From IMG/VR virus record IMGVR_UViG_2675903324_000013: a stretch of 17,173 nt of DNA; one strand, given 5' to 3'. Position 1 is the first letter of the stretch, and every line of letters begins with the position of its first letter. Position numbers and translations under genes: made by a program. This document shows, piece after piece, positions 14,864-17,173 of this stretch. The notes below the pieces were generated by a model. It saw only the letters and a list, made by a program, of their open reading frames with translations. It was not told the origin of the DNA and did not search any database. Origin of the DNA: a virus. Lineage: Duplodnaviria > Heunggongvirae > Uroviricota > Caudoviricetes.

Positions 14864-15135
14864 CTTGTTGATTAAAAGGCGGCTCAATTCTGAGCTGGGT
14901 AGCTGACGGCGGTAACTGTTTGATATTCCCGATAACGCAAAATTGCGCTGACTACATCCCTCACATCTGAGGACTGTTAACCAGCAGGCCGGAATATATT
15001 CACAAACTACGAAATTTTCGTAGTTTAATTACTCGCCAGTTTATCGTTAACTAGTTGATATTTTCGGAAACCTCAATTTGAGGAAGTCGGCGCGGTAACT
15101 GTTTTATATTCCCGATAGCGCAAAAATGCGCGGTC
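14854..15135. repeat. Direct repeats R1 (14854-14873, partial), R2 (14905-14952) and R3 (15089-15135) sharing CGG(C)GGTAACTGTTTkATATTCCCGATArCGCAAAAwTGCGC; candidate att copies
   Basis: R2 and R3 match over about 40 bp with 2-3 differences; each carries the near-palindrome CGCAAAATTGCG; palindromes CTACGAAATTTTCGTAG (15007-15023) and CCTCAATTTGAGG (15071-15083) lie between them. Confidence 0.5.
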
Positions 15136-15160
15136 GGGCAGAATGAGCACCACCTCAATC

Positions 15161-15195
15161 GTGACGGAGAGTGACAACCAGTGACACACCGTGAC
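15161..15195. repeat. Four GTGAC pentamers in exact 10-bp phasing (gtgacggaga gtgacaacca gtgacacacc gtgacaaaaa)
   Basis: Read directly; similar GTGA-containing 10-bp phased array near int at 1280-1319. Confidence 0.55.
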
Positions 15196-15248
15196 AAAAA
15201 GACGGTTTAACCGTTCATTAAAAATCGACGTGATTTTGTGCTTTCCGG

Positions 15249-15272
15249 ATGACGTGGCCAACGTCATTTTTT
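15249..15272 (+). terminator. Intrinsic terminator-like hairpin (stem ATGACGT / ACGTCAT, loop GGCCA, then T6)
   Basis: Read directly; no annotated plus-strand gene ends here. Confidence 0.4.
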
Positions 15273-15712
15273 AGCGAAAAATTCTGATTAAGGTCACTGG
15301 CTGAATGGTCATAATGACCACGCAGACCATCGAGGCAACCATAGCGATCATCGTTACGGTTGGAGCTTTTCCGCCATTGGTGGAAAAGGTGCACATCTGG
15401 ATCATCATTACGGTGATCAAGGGTATGTAAAACCCACCAGCCTGATTAAAGGTTAACCGGAAAAAAAATCCGGTAGCCCCGTTATGGGGATCCCCATATC
15501 GACATTAACGCCCCTCATGAATTGGTGCGCTTCCCCCTGGAAAGATTACCCGCCTGTATATTTCTTGTGTCTATTTGTTCCACGTTGTTTCATACAGTGC
15601 ACCGAACGGTGTAGTTAATGGTGTAGTCAATTTGCGATTTTTGGCACTTTTTCAATGATAATTGTTTAATTAAATCAATGGCTTGACCTGGTATAGTGAT
15701 AAAAGGACATAT

Positions 15713-17173
15713 TTATTCATCTTTCGGCGCAGAATGCTGGCGACCAAAAATCACCTCCATCCGCGCACCGCCCAGCATGCTCTCTCCGGCGACGATTTTA
15801 CCCTCATATTGCTCGGTGATTTCGCGGGCTACCGCCAGCCCTACACCTTGCCCAGGGCGTAAAGTATCAACCCGTTGACCACGGTCGAAAATGACCTCTC
15901 GCTTGCTTAATGGAATACCGGGGCCATCATCCTCGACCACAATATAGAGATGCTCGTCGGTTTGCCTTGCAGAAATTTCGACAAACTCGAGGCAATATTT
16001 ACAGGCATTATCCAGCACGTTGCCCATCACCTCGACAAAATCGTTCTGCTCACCGACAAAGCTGATCTCTGGCGAAATATCGAGAGAGATATTGACCCCT
16101 TTGCGTTGATACACTTTGTTCAGCGCTGAGGTGAGATTGTCCAGCAGTGGGGCGACCGGATGCAGCTCGCGGCTGAGCAATGTCCCGCCGCGCATACTGG
16201 CACGATGCAGGTAGTAGCCAATTTGCTGTGAAATGCGGCTGATTTGCTCCAGCATTACCGGCTCAGCATCACTGACGCTCATCTTTTCACTACGCAGAGA
16301 ACGCAGCGTACTTTGCAGCACCGCCAGTGGCGTTTTCAGACTATGGGTCAGGTCGGTGAGCGTCGTACGGTATTTGTCGTAACGTTCGCGTTCACTTTTT
16401 AACAATCGGTTCAGGTTTCGTACCAGACTGGTCAGTTCTCGCGTTGTGGCTGGATTGAGCAATTCGCGGTTATGTTCTTCCAGTTCGCGGACTTCTTTTG
16501 CCAGGGCTTCGATGGGGCGTAAACTCCACCAGGCGGCGACCCACAGCAGCGGGATCACTAACAGCAGATTGGCTGAGAGCACATAGATAAACCAGCTCCA
16601 GACCATATAGGAACTTTTTAGCTCCACCGGAATGGTATCCACCACCACAATGGTTAATTTTGGCATCCGCGATGTTGCCGGGTAGACGTTTACTGCCACC
16701 GAGTGGGTCATCTCCGCGTCGTCATCATCTTCCCGCACTTCCTGCAACTGTTGCTGTATCGAATGATCTCCACTCAGCAAGAGGCTGGTATCGTTAACAT
16801 CCGCTTCAATTTCATGAAAACCATTCGATTTCAGCCAGTCAGGCTGGATCATCTTCATCAGCCAGGGCACGTCACGTTGCGCCCATAAAAGCTGCCCGTT
16901 CTCATCATAAATTAGCGTCATGGTGGGGCTTTGCTTGTCGATATTTTCGGGTAACTCGACATGCAACTTATTGTTTTCCCACTTCGCAAGGGTATAGAAC
17001 AGATTGCTCTCGCCACGTAACAGCCGAAACGTAGTTTTATCGAAACTGACGCTATAACCGATCAGCGCGACCATTCCGTAGGCAAGCGAAAGCACCAGTA
17101 CTACCGCAGCCGTTGCCAACAGAAAACGTACCCGCAGTGAGAGCGGGAAAAAAAGACGCAGTAATTTTTTCAT
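15713..17173 (-). CDS. phoQ: Sensor histidine kinase PhoQ (PhoPQ two-component system), full length
   Basis: 486-aa product whose sequence I recognise as Escherichia coli PhoQ (N-terminus [77 protein letters not shown]…, acidic patch [11 protein letters not shown]-box and ATP-binding motifs); start codon at the last bases of the window. Confidence 0.97.
   Translation of the reverse strand: MKKLLRLFFPLSLRVRFLLATAAVVLVLSLAYGMVALIGYSVSFDKTTFRLLRGESNLFYTLAKWENNKLHVELPENIDKQSPTMTLIYDENGQLLWAQRDVPWLMKMIQPDWLKSNGFHEIEADVNDTSLLLSGDHSIQQQLQEVREDDDDAEMTHSVAVNVYPATSRMPKLTIVVVDTIPVELKSSYMVWSWFIYVLSANLLLVIPLLWVAAWWSLRPIEALAKEVRELEEHNRELLNPATTRELTSLVRNLNRLLKSERERYDKYRTTLTDLTHSLKTPLAVLQSTLRSLRSEKMSVSDAEPVMLEQISRISQQIGYYLHRASMRGGTLLSRELHPVAPLLDNLTSALNKVYQRKGVNISLDISPEISFVGEQNDFVEVMGNVLDNACKYCLEFVEISARQTDEHLYIVVEDDGPGIPLSKREVIFDRGQRVDTLRPGQGVGLAVAREITEQYEGKIVAGESMLGGARMEVIFGRQHSAPKDE

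Larger units (their letters stand above)
1..15135. mobile_element. Integrated phage satellite / capsid-forming PICI-like island (int-alpA-switch-rep/ori-ssb-head and packaging genes, no tail or lysis genes); right boundary approximate, left att site outside window
   Basis: Gene content and order seen in the sequence: P4-type integrase then AlpA at one end, RepA-like ATPase with adjacent iterons, HK97-type capsid/protease/portal/connectors/HNH/TerS/TerL, abutting host phoQ. Direct repeats at 14905-15135 are candidate att copies. Confidence 0.7.

Noticed and set aside
7970-15700. Hypothesis that the window holds two tandem islands, with the TTGTT repeats at 7987-8016 as an internal att junction
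   Set aside because: There is no second integrase or alpA, and the right half contains only head and packaging genes that complement the left half. A single composite island is more parsimonious; the repeat is treated as a regulatory site instead.
1-17173. Search for tRNA/tmRNA genes, CRISPR arrays, IS elements and LexA boxes (CTGT-N8-ACAG)
   Set aside because: No cloverleaf-compatible tRNA sequence, no regularly spaced repeat-spacer array, no transposase ORF or terminal inverted repeats, and no convincing LexA box in the promoter regions inspected. Absence by eye is not proof.

Overview
This window reads as an Escherichia-type chromosomal segment carrying a ~15-kb tail-less, capsid-encoding phage satellite (PICI-like island) next to an intact phoQ (15713..17173, minus strand). 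All protein calls rest on motif recognition by eye; no database search was run. Island order, all on the plus strand unless noted: P4-type integrase (1..1230), AlpA regulator (1605..1793), a repeat-rich switch region with minus-strand small genes (about 1990..3350), six small translationally coupled ORFs (3355..4743), a RepA-like P-loop ATPase (4740..6137) followed by an iteron array (6137..6340), small ORFs, SSB (6912..7322), a small regulator-like gene, a terminator-bracketed 74-aa cassette (7711..7935), then a complete HK97-type head and packaging module: major capsid, prohead protease, portal, head-tail joining, gp6-like connector, HNH endonuclease, TerS, TerL (8227..14568) and one terminal small ORF. 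No tail, lysis, tRNA, rRNA, CRISPR or IS features were seen. The most interesting signals are: (1) two tandem, homologous but diverged divergent-promoter switch modules with GTGT/ACAC operators and conserved stem-loops, one copy apparently degenerate; (2) a single-gene cassette bracketed by two identical intrinsic terminators; (3) a structured leader before the capsid gene with mutually exclusive pairings that would sequester its Shine-Dalgarno; (4) 10-bp-phased repeat arrays and 40-bp direct repeats at the phoQ-proximal junction. The left att site lies outside the window, so the island boundaries cannot be fixed.
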